From assembly GCF_000315625.1 (NCBI RefSeq), contig NW_005434670.1:44558-78683 (forward strand): a DNA stretch of 34,126 nt, written 5' to 3'. Positions 1 through 12,770 of the stretch are shown here, piece after piece. The notes under the pieces were generated by a model. It searched no databases. It was given only the letters and a program-made list of their open reading frames with translations, and was not told the DNA's origin. How positions within the stretch are numbered: the stretch's first letter is position 1; each line of letters opens with the position of its first letter. The translations under genes and the position numbers were made by a program. The DNA comes from Guillardia theta CCMP2712 (lineage: Eukaryota > Protista > Cryptophyta).

Positions 1-1066
1 GTCGCCTTTCTTCAGCAAGCGTCTCCACCAGTGCCGAGGTAATTATTCAGTGCGCGAGAAAGAGCTTTCGGGATGATTTCAGCACTTGGTTCATTTCAAG
101 TTTTACTTGTACGGACGCAGGGTGTTGGGTTCGTACAGATCACAAAGAGTCTCAAGTATCTTCTCACGCAGAGCAACCTCACGGGTCGATTGAGGGAGGG
201 GAGGGGAGGGAGGGAGGGAGGGCGACTGTCAACCCTTTACTCAAAGTTAAGTCAACCGGACTATAATCATATCCAGACAGCTGACTGCTTTATTCCTTTC
301 TTTCTTTAGCTAACTCCTTTTTGTGGGGGATCGCTTTTCCCCCGATTGCTCCCCCACTTCGAATTCTAGAACGATACATGGAACATATTTCACTTATCTT
401 CATCTAAAAACATTGTTGCTCTAAAGAAGCCCATTCATCTCTTAGCTTTATCCTGAGGCAGGCTCTTCTTCATTAGTAAAATTGTGTTTTTTTATCATAC
501 GGGTGGAATATATAGGAATGAAACTCCATCACCCGTGGTATCTCCAGAAAGCTTAGCCATGTTCTAAGGGGGGTACCCAACTCGTTCTCACTTTCCTGCC
601 AAGACGTCTACGTCGCCCTCCTCGTCCTCAGCTTGAGGACAGACAAGCGAGCGCCCAGCCTCCATCTCTTCTCCCCAGACTCACTCGATTCCCTTGGTAC
701 ATGTAGCACTTGAATCTGAACGATCCACTACATCGCCATACTTCAGACTTATGCCGCCATCCGTTTGATTACTTCCTGCTTGCCTTTGCAACTTTCTGAG
801 CGATTCAAGTCCCTGTTCAATAATGCTTTCGTGTTGGCAAACGTGAAGATACAACTGTTGAGAGAAGACTTCCTATTTGTTGTGTTGCTTGCAATGATCT
901 CTCATCTGCAGTACCATACTCTTGTTTCTTTCACGCTCCCAGAACGTTCACCTGAAGTAGACAAAACATGAAGAAGTAAGAAACACTTGAGATTGTCTTT
1001 AACTTTAGAATAATACAGTGATCTTGTTCAGATATAGTCAATATCAATCTAAAGATTTGTACGTAG

Positions 1067-2213
1067 ATGCCAACTATTGCAAGAGCTCGCCAATGGCCTA
1101 TCGCGTGGGGTATCGATCGTTCTGAAACTGGTTTCATCAACCCGGGTGAATACCATCCGAAAGTCATCGATTTGAAGGCAGCCTGTGCTGAATTCATGGC
1201 TATGACTCTCTTTGTGATAATCGGGTGCGGAACTGCATGTAAGGCGATCTTGTCTCTTAGAATGGTTTCTGATCTTCTTACAACGTCCCAGGTGGTAATG
1301 GCGCGTTCGACGCGTCATCGCGATACATGGTAGCTTCCGCCTTTGGGATGGGGATCTTAGTTCTTGCGTATGCCACCGGGCATCACAGTGGCGGGCAAAT
1401 CAACTGCGCTGTCACTCTCAGTCTTGTTCTCGGCGGGCAGGTTCCCTGGTTCCAAGGCCTTGCAAACTTCATAGCACAGATGTTGGGCAGCGTGCTCGGT
1501 GCGATTATCCTCACCTGGATTTTTCCTTGCGAAATGGATATGACCAACAGTCTGGGAACCAACGTTGTAAACCCTGCTTTCGGTTACGGCGCAGCCTTTT
1601 CTGGGGAGGTCGCCATGACCTTCTTGCTCTGCTATGTGGTCTGGGAAACTGCCGTGACAGCTCGCTGCGGGCAGGCAGCCTGCATTCCTATCGGTTTTGC
1701 CGTCTTCCTGGCGCACGTCGTGTTGCTGCCCATCGGTGCGAGTCTCATCTGCGTGACAGTGACGCATCTGATTCTGCTCCTCCAGATGGTTGCTCTATCA
1801 ACCCCACCCGCTCCTTCGGCCCGGCCGTCATCTCTAGCATGCGAGGTTGTCCCAAGTACAAGCCCAGGCACGCGTGCAACTCTTGCTTCGATCTCTCTCA
1901 CTTGCATGCAGCGGTGATCTTTGGGTCATGTTCGTTGGACCACTCTTCGGCGCCTCCCTGGCAGCTGCCGTGCAGGTTTGCTTGTGCGAGAGAGTTAACC
2001 AGCATATGACGTTGCGCTACAAGATTGTCTTTGTGAAGCACGTGCACACCATCTCTGCCATCCGTGAGGCTGCAGCCAACCCCGGCAAGTGGGCGCAGGT
2101 GAAGCAGCTTCCCCTCTTGATGCCGTGACTGAACCCTTTGCCAGCTTGCTGAAGTCGACGAGCCGACAAACCAGTCACCTGAGAAATCCATGCCGCCAGG
2201 CCAAGCTGCCTAA
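1067..2213 (+). CDS. Aquaporin / MIP family channel (about 6 exons)
   Basis: Spliced translation gives AACAEFMAMTLFVIIGCGT...HHSGGQINCAVT...GEVAMTFLL...[31 protein letters not shown]...LWVMFVGPLFGA. Short GT-AG introns near 1239-1291, 1736-1785, ~1856-1911, ~1976-2023 and ~2099-2144. TAA at 2211-2213. Confidence 0.93.
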
Positions 2214-2817
2214 GCCAAGAGTGTCCTTTGTAGAAGAGGTCCGGATGGCACCTCGCTTGTCTGTTAAAAGTAACTTAGAAGCCATCTGATTACATGCCGC
2301 AAACCCTTCGCGCATCTCTACCCCACTCCCAACGCTTTCACCCCACTTTGCTCCTACGCTTCCCCGGGGTCCAGTACTCAGCACTGGTGGTGGCTGTTGC
2401 ATGGAGCGGAAGGCGGGTCGGTAGATCGTGATAGGAGGCAGCACAGCTCAGTGAGTGACGGCAAGGGCGACGAGGGGCAACAGGCAAGAGAGCATAGAGT
2501 TGGCGGGTGTGATGCGAGGGGATGCGGGACATCAATTAGGCGATGAGGGGAGGGAGAGTGCACGGTGAGGGATAGAGGGACAAGGGGCAACCAAGAGGCA
2601 GGAATGGCAAGGGAGATGCTTTGAGGACGCAGGGGGCAGGGCAGATGAGGGAGTACCTGAGGGAGAGTGAGGTCAGGAGATGGTTGTAAGGAGGGAGAGA
2701 GGAATGTAAAGAGTTTGTTCAGCAAATGCCTCACGCAGAACCTTCAAATGATAGTGAATCGGTCTAGGCCCGTGGTGTAAGAGAGAGCGTGTATTGGGTT
2801 GATCTTAACTTCGACAG

Positions 2818-3786
2818 ATGGACGGGAAGATCGATCTATGGAGCGAGGGGATGCTTGATAGGTCGAGTAGCGCTAGCTGCAAGCCCGGCCGAACCTCACT
2901 GGAACCTCACAGATCACCCGGCGCACCTTATCCTGTTGACCGAACAAGAAGACCTGATATCGACGCTCGTAACCAGCAGCCTTCCCCTTTCATCCAAGTG
3001 ATTTTAAAGCTCCCCGGCCTTCGCATATGAAGTTCTGAATTGTAGACAACAGGAGCTGGATGTTGCTGTGCTGACAGCCAAAAGAATGATCAAGGAGCAT
3101 CAGAGCGCACAATGTCTGATCGAACTCAAGACAAGACTTCAACACATTGACGAGAAAATACACGACAAGATTCTTCGCTTCACACAGGTGGAACTTGCGT
3201 CGAGGAGGTGTTGTGGTGACGCCGAAGCAGGGTGAGATGGTAGAGGACATGGAAGCTGGTGATTCATGCTGCTGAGCCTGCCGTCTCTGTGGATCCTTGA
3301 CGTGCATGATGCCAGGAGCAGCGTATCTGCCAGATGATTGCGAAGAGACTCAGCGGTAGAAAGCAAGAGACGAGTTTGTTCACATGCTGACTAACTTGTG
3401 CAGGGACTTGCCATTGGGGAAGGCGAGCGGATCTCATGGTATTGCAACAGGCTTTCTTTGCAGGCGGTATGATATCTTGCGATGACACGTCTGCTTGTTA
3501 CAGGAGCATCGACGTCGAAAACAAGTACAGAGAGCAGAGGAGCAAAGAGGTGGGAGATTTCATCGTGTTTCATTGCCGTCGTTATCAATCACTTCAACTT
3601 ATTTGAGATGCAGTTGGGACGCGAATGTTATCAAACAATTACAAGAGCTCGGGTTCGATCATAGCCAGGTCGCGACTCTCGTCACTAAGATGTCTATCTT
3701 AAGCTGCATCGCAGGTTCTCAATGCATTGAATGCTGCTGATGGAAATATGGAACGAGCGGCCAACTATCTTCTTGGAATCCATTAA
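2818..3786 (+). CDS. Multi-exon protein with C-terminal UBA domain; 5' end uncertain (may begin near 2401)
   Basis: Exons join in frame across short GT-AG introns. The end reads WDANVIKQLQELGFDHSQ/VLNALNAADGNMERAANYLLGIH*, a UBA pattern (L..LGF...AL....GN.E.A..YL). TAA at 3784-3786. Confidence 0.75.
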
Positions 3787-4347
3787 AGCTCGTGATGTCG
3801 TCACGCGGGTTTCTGGAGAACTATATTTGATCTGTATGGCTTGCAGAGCCTCTCGCAAACAAATTCAACGCCTTCGATACAGATTTAGATTGAAAACAAC
3901 CAACCAACAATTTACCTCGGATATATTCTTGTCCATCACTTTTTCTTCTGGAAGAGAAGGAATTCTAAGATGTAAATATCATCAGCAGAGATAAGAAAGG
4001 ATAAAAACTTTCGTACTTTTCCATGATCTCCTCCATCATTTGAATGTTCTGCTTATCAATGTCTCCAAGCTCTTGCAGCATCCGCAGATTCTCATTTCTG
4101 GCACATGTATGAGAAGAGCATCTCAGCATGTACGGAGAGGGGGGTCACCTCCATTTCTCGTTCATGTATTCTATCAGAGCTCTGTCAACAATCGCGACGT
4201 CCTCGCTGCTCTTCTCCTCCTGCCTCCCTGCCTCCCGTTGGCTCATTGCACCGCACCTTACACCCCTACCGTAAAACCCTAAAAAAATGTTTTTTTATGA
4301 GTCATCTTTATTTTTTCAAGTGGAAACATGCAAGCTCAAAACCGAAG

Positions 4348-5697
4348 ATGAGGGGATCGCGGGCCCCTCTGCCCGTCGCCTCTGCTCTCCTCGTCCTCTC
4401 CTCCTCCTCATTCTGCTCTCATGGGATCCCTTCCACTCCTTCCTCCTTGTTGACGCATCATGCGCGTGCTTGGAGAGCCGTGTGGCTGCACTGCATGGTT
4501 AGTTCGAATTTCGCACCTCACCTTTCCGACCCGATTTTGTCTTGTAGCCTTGCACCTTCTGTTTCTCTGACAGGCGATTCAGATATTGCGTGGTGGAGGA
4601 AAAATAGATTTGTCTTCCGATCTTTCGGATTATCTAGAATATTTTCCCGATACTCCCGAGGACTCCAAAGAAGTAATTCTTAAATAGCTACTAATGTATT
4701 CGATGATCAATTTGGTGCAGCCATTCATTACAGAATTTTCGGAACCGGGTATTTCAATGAAGTTGAATGAAATTTGATGACATAAACTGCTGACAGTAAC
4801 AAGTGATGACTGGTCGCAAGAGATCAGCATTAAAGTGATTGCAGCAAAACTCTACTAAATCTTGTGCTGAATCATTTTACGTCAGCGATGGGAGCTAAGA
4901 CGAAAACAATTTAAAGAATATTATCAGAAGATGGAAGAAAATCAGAAGTCCGAGGTGGTTGTTTGCTCTTTTCGTTTTGATCGCTGACTTGCTTCAAAAA
5001 GCAAGCTGAACAGTTCCAAGTAGCAGACAAGCTCCGAGTGGAGTTTCAGGAATGTAGTATAGTCCTTCTGAAAGTGTCATGATAGAGACCCACTAGGTCT
5101 CAGCTCCACACGTGCTTGATGGGATAAGAGGAGGACAAAAGCTTGTTCTCAGCGGAAACCTTGAAACTACTGGACTTTGGCATGCAGACAAGGTGAGGAT
5201 AGATGGTTATCCATGATTGGTCTTGTTTGGTTCTAACAATCTTTGTAAGGGCATTGTCATGAATGCTACATCAAGTTTTCCCATCTTCAAGACAATCGTC
5301 CTTTTTCCAAAGACGGCTCAACAAGTAACTTTCAGCAATCGAATAAGAGTATCACTGAATTTCGTTCAGCTTGATTATAAGTACGCTGTTTTGTTCCAAA
5401 CTGGCGAATCCAGCGCTGTGCAGTGGGAGGTGAAATGCGAGGTGAGCCTGGTATCAATGACTTAATGACAGACGAAAGTGAGAAGAATCACACTCGTTAA
5501 TAACACGGTCATCAAAGATCATTTCGTAGAAGATCGATGGAAACTTTCCCGAATCGTCCAGACTCCATACACAGTAAGTTATGTCTGAGTCTATCTCAAC
5601 AGATCGCGCTTTGAATGATCTCATCATCCGTCTACTTTGCTTGCAGATGAGTGCTGAAGAATGGAAGACATGGTTTCTGTACCACATTGCCCACTGA
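4348..5697 (+). CDS. Signal-peptide protein with CBM20 starch-binding domain (multi-exon)
   Basis: Hydrophobic N-terminus MRGSRAPLPVASALLVLSSSSFCSHG. Spliced C-terminal part VSAPHVLDGIRGGQKLVLSGNLETTGLWHADKGIVMNATSSFPIFKTIVLFPKTAQQLDYKYAVLFQTGESSAVQWE...VRRITL...EDRW matches the CBM20 pattern (G....G.W, YKY, WE, R, D.W). TGA at 5695-5697. Middle exons are not fully resolved. Confidence 0.75.
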
Positions 5698-6480
5698 CGG
5701 GCCACCGCGGGACTCGATCAGTCACGCACTGACGGTTAAGTTTGGGGGATCTCCTGATTGTCTTCGTACTGATCTTTACTTGAACTTAAAGTTTGAGTGA
5801 AGAAGAGTCGGTGGCCCGGCCGCGGGCAATGATCCGAGTCGGAGTCGGATTAAGTTACTAGAGGCTCGGAGCCTGAGGTTCAATGTGACCGTCACAGTAC
5901 CGTACGGTACGGTGTGACACGTGACTCGGACGTTTGACAGAGTAAATTTCACGTCTCAGTTTCACGGCCGCCGCAACCGGGTGACTCAGTGGCACGCCGA
6001 CAGTTCTGGGTCACTGAGTCAGTGAGCGGCCTCCGAGCCTGGGCTTGCCGCCGCCGCGCGCCGCGCCGCGGCGTCAGCCTGGCCCGCCACCGAGTCACTA
6101 CGAGTCAACCGTTGAACTCGGGCGGCCCGGGTCCGATCTGGGACCGTCCCGCCGGGGTTTGACTTTTACGGTTTGACTAGTAGCGGCGGCGATCCCGAAA
6201 CCCAATTGAGCGAGTGACCCGGGGTACGGTCCGCCGTCGGAGTCGGTGGCGTGACCGTGTCGGACTCAGCCTGACAGTGACCCGGCGTACTCCGAGTCTG
6301 GCAGTGCCGGCCGGCCACACTGCCGCGGCGGATCCGACGGCCTCGGCGGCACGGCCGGGTTGCCAAGTTGCCGCAGTGCGGGCGGCCCGCCCGGCCCGCG
6401 CTCCACGTCCCGGGAGTCCGGCGTACGGTACGATCGGGGTGACTCATCCACTCAGGGCTTCAAAGTGCACGAGACTGAGG
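5698..6480. repeat. GC-rich island of short palindromes
   Basis: tccga-g-tcgga 5833-5843, aggctc-g-gagcct 5862-5874, tgtgac-c-gtcaca 5884-5896, gtac-c-gtac-g-gtac ~5897-5910, tcactga-g-tcagtga 6011-6025, tcaac-c-gttga 6105-6115. Confidence 0.75.
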
Positions 6481-6599
6481 CTTAAACTAATTAACTAAAT
6501 CATATCACCTACACGTGCAGCCAGCCGATGCTAGAGGAGCTGAAAGGACAAGAAGAGTGAAGCATCCATGAAGATGCGTGAAAGAGCCGGGAGCCTTTC

Positions 6600-7856
6600 C
6601 TTGCTCCTCTCACAGAATAAAGGAGGAACAAATCACCTCGAGCTATGCCTGCTTGACAGGTCAGACGATTCTAGCTGACCCACAAGACGCTTCAATGGTT
6701 TGAAGAACAATCCAAGGTCATTGCGAATGTGAAGTGATGTCTGGTTGCAATGGTCTTGCTGTTGAACTTCAATATATGCACTGTGATCGTCCACATCAAC
6801 CCAGCTCGCTTTGAGACGGCCTGAACACCCGTCATTGAAGAGAACTTGTTCTCTAACAAATTTCTTATGAGTGCATGTCTGTCTGATTTCCCTTTGTTTC
6901 ACTCTTGCATTCAAGCAAGCTATCTGACCATCATTTTTCAGGCGACTGCAATACCTGAATTGAAATGTTGGAAGGAGACGTAATCAACAGATGTTGATGC
7001 TTTGTTGATGTTCCTTGCATCGATGCTACAGTGGTCAAAAACATTTTCAAGCTGTGTGGTCACACCCTGATACGGTTCGATTCCGTATGCTTGAATGTGG
7101 TTATAGTTCTCCTTCCTTGGTACAGTGAAATTTCTTTGTATTTCCGTTTCTGCGAATTAAAATCTATCACTGCATTATCATTTTTTAATTAACACACGAC
7201 ATTCCGAATCCATCAAAATCAATTGCTTTCTTCTTTCACATCGCTGCAACAAGGTCAACGCATAATCGTTGATTCAGTAATTCCTATGAATGAATGAAAT
7301 CGTATCCAAAAAGTCCAATGACATCGCAGGCTATCACCTAACTAAACCGGTCTTGTGTTGACGCTATAGCAACATGTTCAACATGATTTTAGACATTAGT
7401 ACAGAATAAAGGGTGTTGATTCAAACAAATTGGAAAATTGGAATTTATTGGGCATAAAACACACATTGAAGGTCTTCAATGTGTTTGCTTTAGGATTGCT
7501 TGCCGCGAAGTGGTGTATGGTAATAAGACAACTAAACAATATGCTACAGAATTCAATATGAACACATCTCATGCTAAGACTGAAGTAAATTTCTTGCAAT
7601 CTTCTGTTTCTATGAAGAAGAGCCCCTTCCGACGGATATCAAGCCACGACACATGATGCTCATTTCCCTTAGCATCAATCATGACCCGCAAAAGCATCTT
7701 AACTTTCCAGTCTTCACAGCAATTTTCTTCACAAACGCTCAGATTCGAGAATTGGCGAGTCATGATGTTCTCGTTGAAGTTGGCGACGGAGGAATATGAC
7801 GCATAATCAGTATTTTGTCGCGACTCTTCCAGGAAGGTATAATCTTGAGTCATCAC
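6600..7856 (-). CDS. Hypothetical multi-exon protein
   Basis: Protein-like open segments (7569-7856 MTQDYTFLEES...; 6633-6830 GRLKASWVDVDDHSAYIEV...) with minus-strand splice-like boundaries. No family recognised and ends are approximate. Confidence 0.4.
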
Positions 7857-8799
7857 AATTCGCGTGGCCGTACACAGACAACTTGGGATTCCCCTTCAAT
7901 TTGGCCGGTTTTGACGATAGAAGGAGAAGAGAGGAAACAACCAGATAAGAACCAAATGTTTCCCAGAGAGAATGAGCCTCACGAGTCCAGTGTTTCGTTC
8001 AAGGTACCCCGGCGAGCCTGGAGCGAGCGCACGTGCACTCGTGTGTAGGCGGCAAGAAGCAAGAAGAGCAGTGAGGCAGAGAACAACCAAGGCAAGGAGA
8101 GTTCAAGGGGAGGGAGGGCGAGGGCAACGGCTTCTGGAGTGAAAGCGACTTGCGACTTGCGACCAAGTAGGGTTGCGGGGGTGCGGGTAGTCGGAGGAGC
8201 TGCTGCAGCCTTTTCAACTGCCCGGAAAAGGGCGGGTAGCGGTGTATCTGCTCAGGATACCCCTGCAGTACTCGAGGAAGGTAGGGGTACTATTACCGGA
8301 AAGAAGGTTTAGAACGCAAAACTACGGGTGGTGCAGGGATGGGCAACGGTGGTCCCGGAAGCATGGCAAAGGCGTGTCGGAAACAAGACTGGGTCACGTG
8401 AGCAAGTCCAGAAGCTTCTACGTGTAAGGCTGTGGACAAGTTTTGACGAAACGATGTAATATTGAAAGATGAAAAGTATTGTTTTGACTTGTTCTAAAAA
8501 GAAACACAACGTTTTATGGCAGGGGGGCAGACACGTTTCTGATTACCCCACCCATCCCGCGAAGGAAAAACCTGGGTACATCCATTTAACTGCCAGGGAG
8601 CATGCTGAAAAGATTTGAATCGTTTGGGTTTCACCCGACCGATCCAACCTTGCCTCAGAGATATTGTCGTGATACCGTGACGAGGCCGGCCACCCTGCCG
8701 CCCGGTCACGGTCCTGATCTCTTACGAGCAATGGGCGCATCGGAATCCTTTGTACTGCGCAAAGTAACTAAACAATTATATACAGTGAGAAGAAATTGA

Positions 8800-9225
8800 C
8801 TAAATTCAGTTCCCGGGCTCCGGGTCCGAGCCCTGGTAGCAACACTGAAGCCTCAAGAATGTCGGATAACCTGCTGACGCTCAGCGGCTGGCCGTTGGGC
8901 GAGGCTAACCAGGTACTGCCGGCACCCTGCGCCCGAGCCTCATGAACGGTGCCGCCGCCTGGCACACCAACGACCCGCCCGTCAGCGGCCGCAGCTGTGC
9001 GCCGGAGCATGCCATAGTGACGCCGCGTGGCACGATCCTTTGAAGCTCAGGCCTAGTCAGTCACTGCGTCACGGTGCGGGGGATAGAGGCTTTGCAGTTT
9101 TGATTGACTCGTCAGGAAGACTCTGCGGAGGTCCGTCTCGGACAAACTTGCAAACTGACCAGTCATAGTGGCCCGTCACGGCCGCCCAGTCAAGTTGGGC
9201 TGACGGTGCAACTTGAAGGGCCTCA
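8800..9225. repeat. GC-rich palindrome-word island
   Basis: Same vocabulary as 5698-6480 (cagt-c-actg 9058-9066, gtcacgg, tgactc, ccggg, aagtt/aactt). Lies upstream of the gene at 9259. Confidence 0.55.
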
Positions 9226-9258
9226 CTCATCCCTCACGTACCACTGAGAGCCTCCCGT

Positions 9259-10937
9259 ATGAGCAGAAGCGTGTCTTTCACGCCCACCAAGAGCGACTCT
9301 CCCTTGGAGTACCCCTCCACGTCTCCATGTAATCTCAGTCTTGTGAAGCTGACCGTGACTTCCCTCTCTCTCCCCCTCTCACCACGTTGACTTCCTTCCC
9401 CCTCTCTTCCCCTCCCTGTCTTTCCCTCCAAAGTTTGTCCCCGGTGATATTGCCTGTGAGCTCCTCCGATGCTTGATGGTCAAGTGTATAACCCGAAGCT
9501 CTCCTTCCCTGTCTTGCCTGCGCTCTCACTGCCCTCCTCCTCCTTGATGTCCTTGTAGTTTACGAACGGGTCTTACAGACCTGATATCCATCATCCTCCC
9601 CTCTCTTCCTCTTCTGCCTTCTGTTGCTGATGAGATCTGTGGCAGCGGTGGAATGGAAGCCTCCAACAGGTGGCAGCCCAACTCCCTCTCGGCGATCGAC
9701 CCTCGTATCTCCTCCCATAGGGTGAGAGACGTGAATCTCATCCCCGAGCCCTTCTTTCTTGCCCTTCGACATACGCTCTTGCTCCTGACCTCGGCCATCA
9801 TCAGGAGCCACGGCAAAGTGTGGGGAAGGTACGACAACTTGATGGACATCGCTCGACGTCCCATTCCTCCTCCTCCTCCGAAGCGGGGGGAGAGAAGAAC
9901 TATGTCTCAGCAGGTCAGCATGTTCTCGGAGGGCTTAGGGAAGTGCAGCAGCGCATGACTGACTGCAAGCAGGGAGGTCGATGGAGTTTCTACGAGCCCA
10001 TCTCTGAGATGTACGTCATCAGTCGGGTCAGCGCTCAGACGCCAGGACCAGGATCATACGGGGAGAGAGGGACGCCAGACTCAGTACTCAGCACAAGGGC
10101 ATCGCCTTTCGGCAAGGTTAAATCAGTAGACTCAGCTGGTGTGAGGTCACTCAGAGCTGCTGCAGACGGCAGGTGGAAAGTTTAGCTTGAGCAGGAGGAG
10201 GAGCCACTACTTGGAGGCATGCCGAGTAGCTGAATCAGTGAACATGCATTGAGATGAATGTTGTTGTTTGACTTTTATCCTTGCAGGTCCCTGGGCCAGG
10301 ACAGTATGACACAGACCATCTCGGAGTGACGGGGAAGATAGTCTCGTCCTTACATCAGCCATCCTCCAATCAATTTCGGACGGCTGCAAGAACAAGCCAG
10401 CAAATCTTGCCAGATAACTACTTCGAGGTGCAATGGGTTGAGAGCTGGCCCGGCGAGATTGACCTCTGTTCAGAGCTTTGAAAGCATGACCATCAGCGGA
10501 GGAATGCCTTCTGTCCGCTGGCTGTTCCAGTACATGCAGCACCAGGTTGCTTCCTCGCCTCCTCGCAGCCAGCCAGTGTAACATCTCCTTGTGCAGGCGG
10601 ACATCATCGCAATGGAGCAGCGACTGGTCATGAGCAAACGTGATCTAAACTCACTCACGAGCTTTCCTGATCCCTTGATGTCTTTCACGCAGGCGTGCCA
10701 GCGAGTAAAATGCACAGGCTCGGTAGATGCGTGAAGATTGAGGCAGCACCTCTCTGACCCAGGTGCAGGAAACACTAAGTTCTCAAGACAACGCAAAGAA
10801 GCGATCCCTCCGCACGTTCACAAGGTCGTAAAAGTCTCCTTCACTGCGATGAGTTGCCTGTCTTCTGACCTTCCCCTCTCTAGATTCATCGCGAGTTATC
10901 GCAGTGGGAAGAAGGCCAACATACAGGCAGCACGTAG
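9259..10937 (+). CDS. SHIPPO/ODF3-type Pro-Gly-Pro repeat protein (probably flagellar microtubule-associated), multi-exon
   Basis: Exons encode SAQTPGPGSY (~10030-10060) and VPGPGQYD (~10287-10310), the PGPGxY repeat. The last exon reads IHRELSQWEEGQHTGST*. Many short GT-AG introns. Start is tentative. Confidence 0.65.
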
Positions 10938-10999
10938 AGCGATTGCTGTTTTTCTCCTTCTAAGTTACAAGCTTGACTTGATACATACCGAAAAATGAA

Positions 11000-11850
11000 G
11001 GAGTCCATCAGAAGGCTCCAGTATATTTCATGTTGCCTGAGCTGTTTTGCTTTCGAGGGCGAGATTGATCGTTTTTGAACCATCCTTCATATCTGTCCGC
11101 CATATGCTCTGCCAATGTCTCGGTCACAATCATGCATCGACCAGACACAATTATAGCCCGAACCTGAGTACTCCGATGGAGAATCAACGCAATTTGCGAA
11201 TTCATTGCAAGAATACACGTTGCTCATCAATTCGTCAACAGGCCATTGAAAATCTGCGATGGAGGCAGACAAGTGGTCATGAAATTTCTGTTGCAATATG
11301 CAACAGGATGGTATAATACCGTAATCTTCCACCGTGACAAGCTTTGTGCATCTGCGGACCAAAGCAAACATCTGAGAATGAAAGCATCAGAATGAGGATT
11401 CAATGTTTGTTGTTGTCATTTTCGTGTCAGATTGACAAACGATTCTCACTAAAATAAATTCTAAGATGTAGATCGGAGTTATGAAGAGAAAATCGTTAGA
11501 AATTGCAAACAACGTAAAAACATACAAGAATGAAAGACATATAATTGGTTAGCTTCTTGAACGCGAAAGAAATTCCTTGTACATGGTTTACCCCCTTGCC
11601 ATGGTTATTTTCATTCTACCTTCTCGTCCCTGATGCCAATTCCGATGAATCTCGCTCTCGCTCTCGTTTCCCTTGCTCACCTCTCACGCACAAACTCTCG
11701 CCCTTGCTCTTGCTCTTCAAACTGCTCTTGCGCTTGCTCTTTCCCTTGCCCTTTCTCTTTCCCTTGCCCTTGCCCTTGCCCTTGCCCTTGCCCTTGCCCT
11801 TGCCCTTGCCCCCGGAGTCCCTTAGACTAGTAGCTCTCCCACGCTGCTGA
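11000..11850 (-). CDS. Possible hypothetical multi-exon gene including a (GK)n exon
   Basis: Minus strand reads SGGKGKGKGKGKGKGKGKEKGKGKEQAQEQFEEQEQGREFVRE followed by GTGAG. A further open segment lies at 11087-11371 with intron-like breaks. Confidence 0.3.
11743..11811. repeat. (CCCTTG)n hexamer microsatellite
   Basis: About 8 perfect consecutive cccttg units at 11761-11808 plus degenerate flanking units. Confidence 0.95.
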
Positions 11851-11869
11851 GCACTTTATGTGCTACAAG

Positions 11870-12770
11870 CAGCGGCCTCACGTGACCGACGGCATCGCGA
11901 CGCATCTGTCAGGCGTGTCGCTGCGGCCTCATTCACTGCGGCATCTCGGCATAGCAGCGGCTGAGGTCATGTGGAGGTCAGGCTGTCATTATTTGACTAC
12001 CTATGCGGCTATTTCCGGAACGCCGCGGGGTCACGGTACGGTCACCGGGACAGTACCCGGATCCTCAGTAGTACTCAACTTTCAGTATCCGGTGACTGCC
12101 GGGGCCGCCGCCGGTAACTTCCATGGCCGCCGAGATCCGAAGTTTGCGGCAATGCGGCCCGCTAATCATTAACTGAGAGTCGCCGCGGCCCCAGGCCCGG
12201 CCCGTGATCCGATCGGATGAACGGTTACGGTTCGGACCGGTTCGGACTCCCGGGCCGTTCGAGAGCCTGTCTGGCCCGGGGGGGGGCAGCTATCACTGAT
12301 TGAAGCGAATCAGCGGCGGCGGCTCAAGTTTACTCAGGCCGAGTAGTCATTCTAAACGCTGGCCGCCGGGACTCAGACTCCGAAAAACAGGCTTGGCAGC
12401 CTGGTTCAAACGGTTGCCGCCGGCGCAGTGCTAAATGCCCGGCGCCGTACCAACTTGGCAAACTTCAGGCTTGAAACTTGGCCTCCGTCGCACGCCACGC
12501 CGTGGCGCTCTTGTAGTCCAGCTTCCCAAGGTCGGACCGTTCCAGCCTGAGCCTCGGAGGCTCGGAGGCCAGGCTCAGTAACCGTCAGCCTAAGTAGTAT
12601 TGCGGCTCCTCCGACGATCCATGAAGCCTTGCAAATTCTTCGATCATCGGATCACGGTCAGTACCGGGTGACCGTCTGTAAGATGCCACGGTCACTTGCT
12701 GCAGTGCGCCGCGAGTCTGCCGCGCCGCTGAGTGCATCCCGGCGGGCGGCCTCCCGGCATTCCGGGCAGC
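11870..12770. repeat. GC-rich palindrome-word island
   Basis: gcctc-g-gaggc 12551-12561, atccgatcggat ~12207-12218, tcacggtacggtcacc ~12031, ggactcccggg ~12244. Confidence 0.7.

Noticed and set aside
600-1060. Possible small minus-strand gene (similarly 12770-13260 and 22570-23100)
   Set aside because: Exon-like fragments are present, but I could not build a consistent model or recognise a domain.
4274-4282. AAACCCTAA telo-box upstream of the CBM20 gene
   Set aside because: A single 9-mer that could be chance, with no supporting elements.
5698-6480. CRISPR-like or regular repeat-spacer array
   Set aside because: No constant-length direct repeat with unique spacers, and the context is eukaryotic with no cas genes.
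6166-6498. ORFs inside GC-rich islands (also 11858-12172, 20676-20888, 26208-26573)
   Set aside because: R/G/P/T-rich translations of palindromic low-complexity DNA that are open on both strands and match no protein pattern.
11743-11811. (CCCTTG)n as a telomere
   Set aside because: Short, internal, not a TTAGGG/TTTAGGG-type unit, and plausibly a coding (GK)n run.
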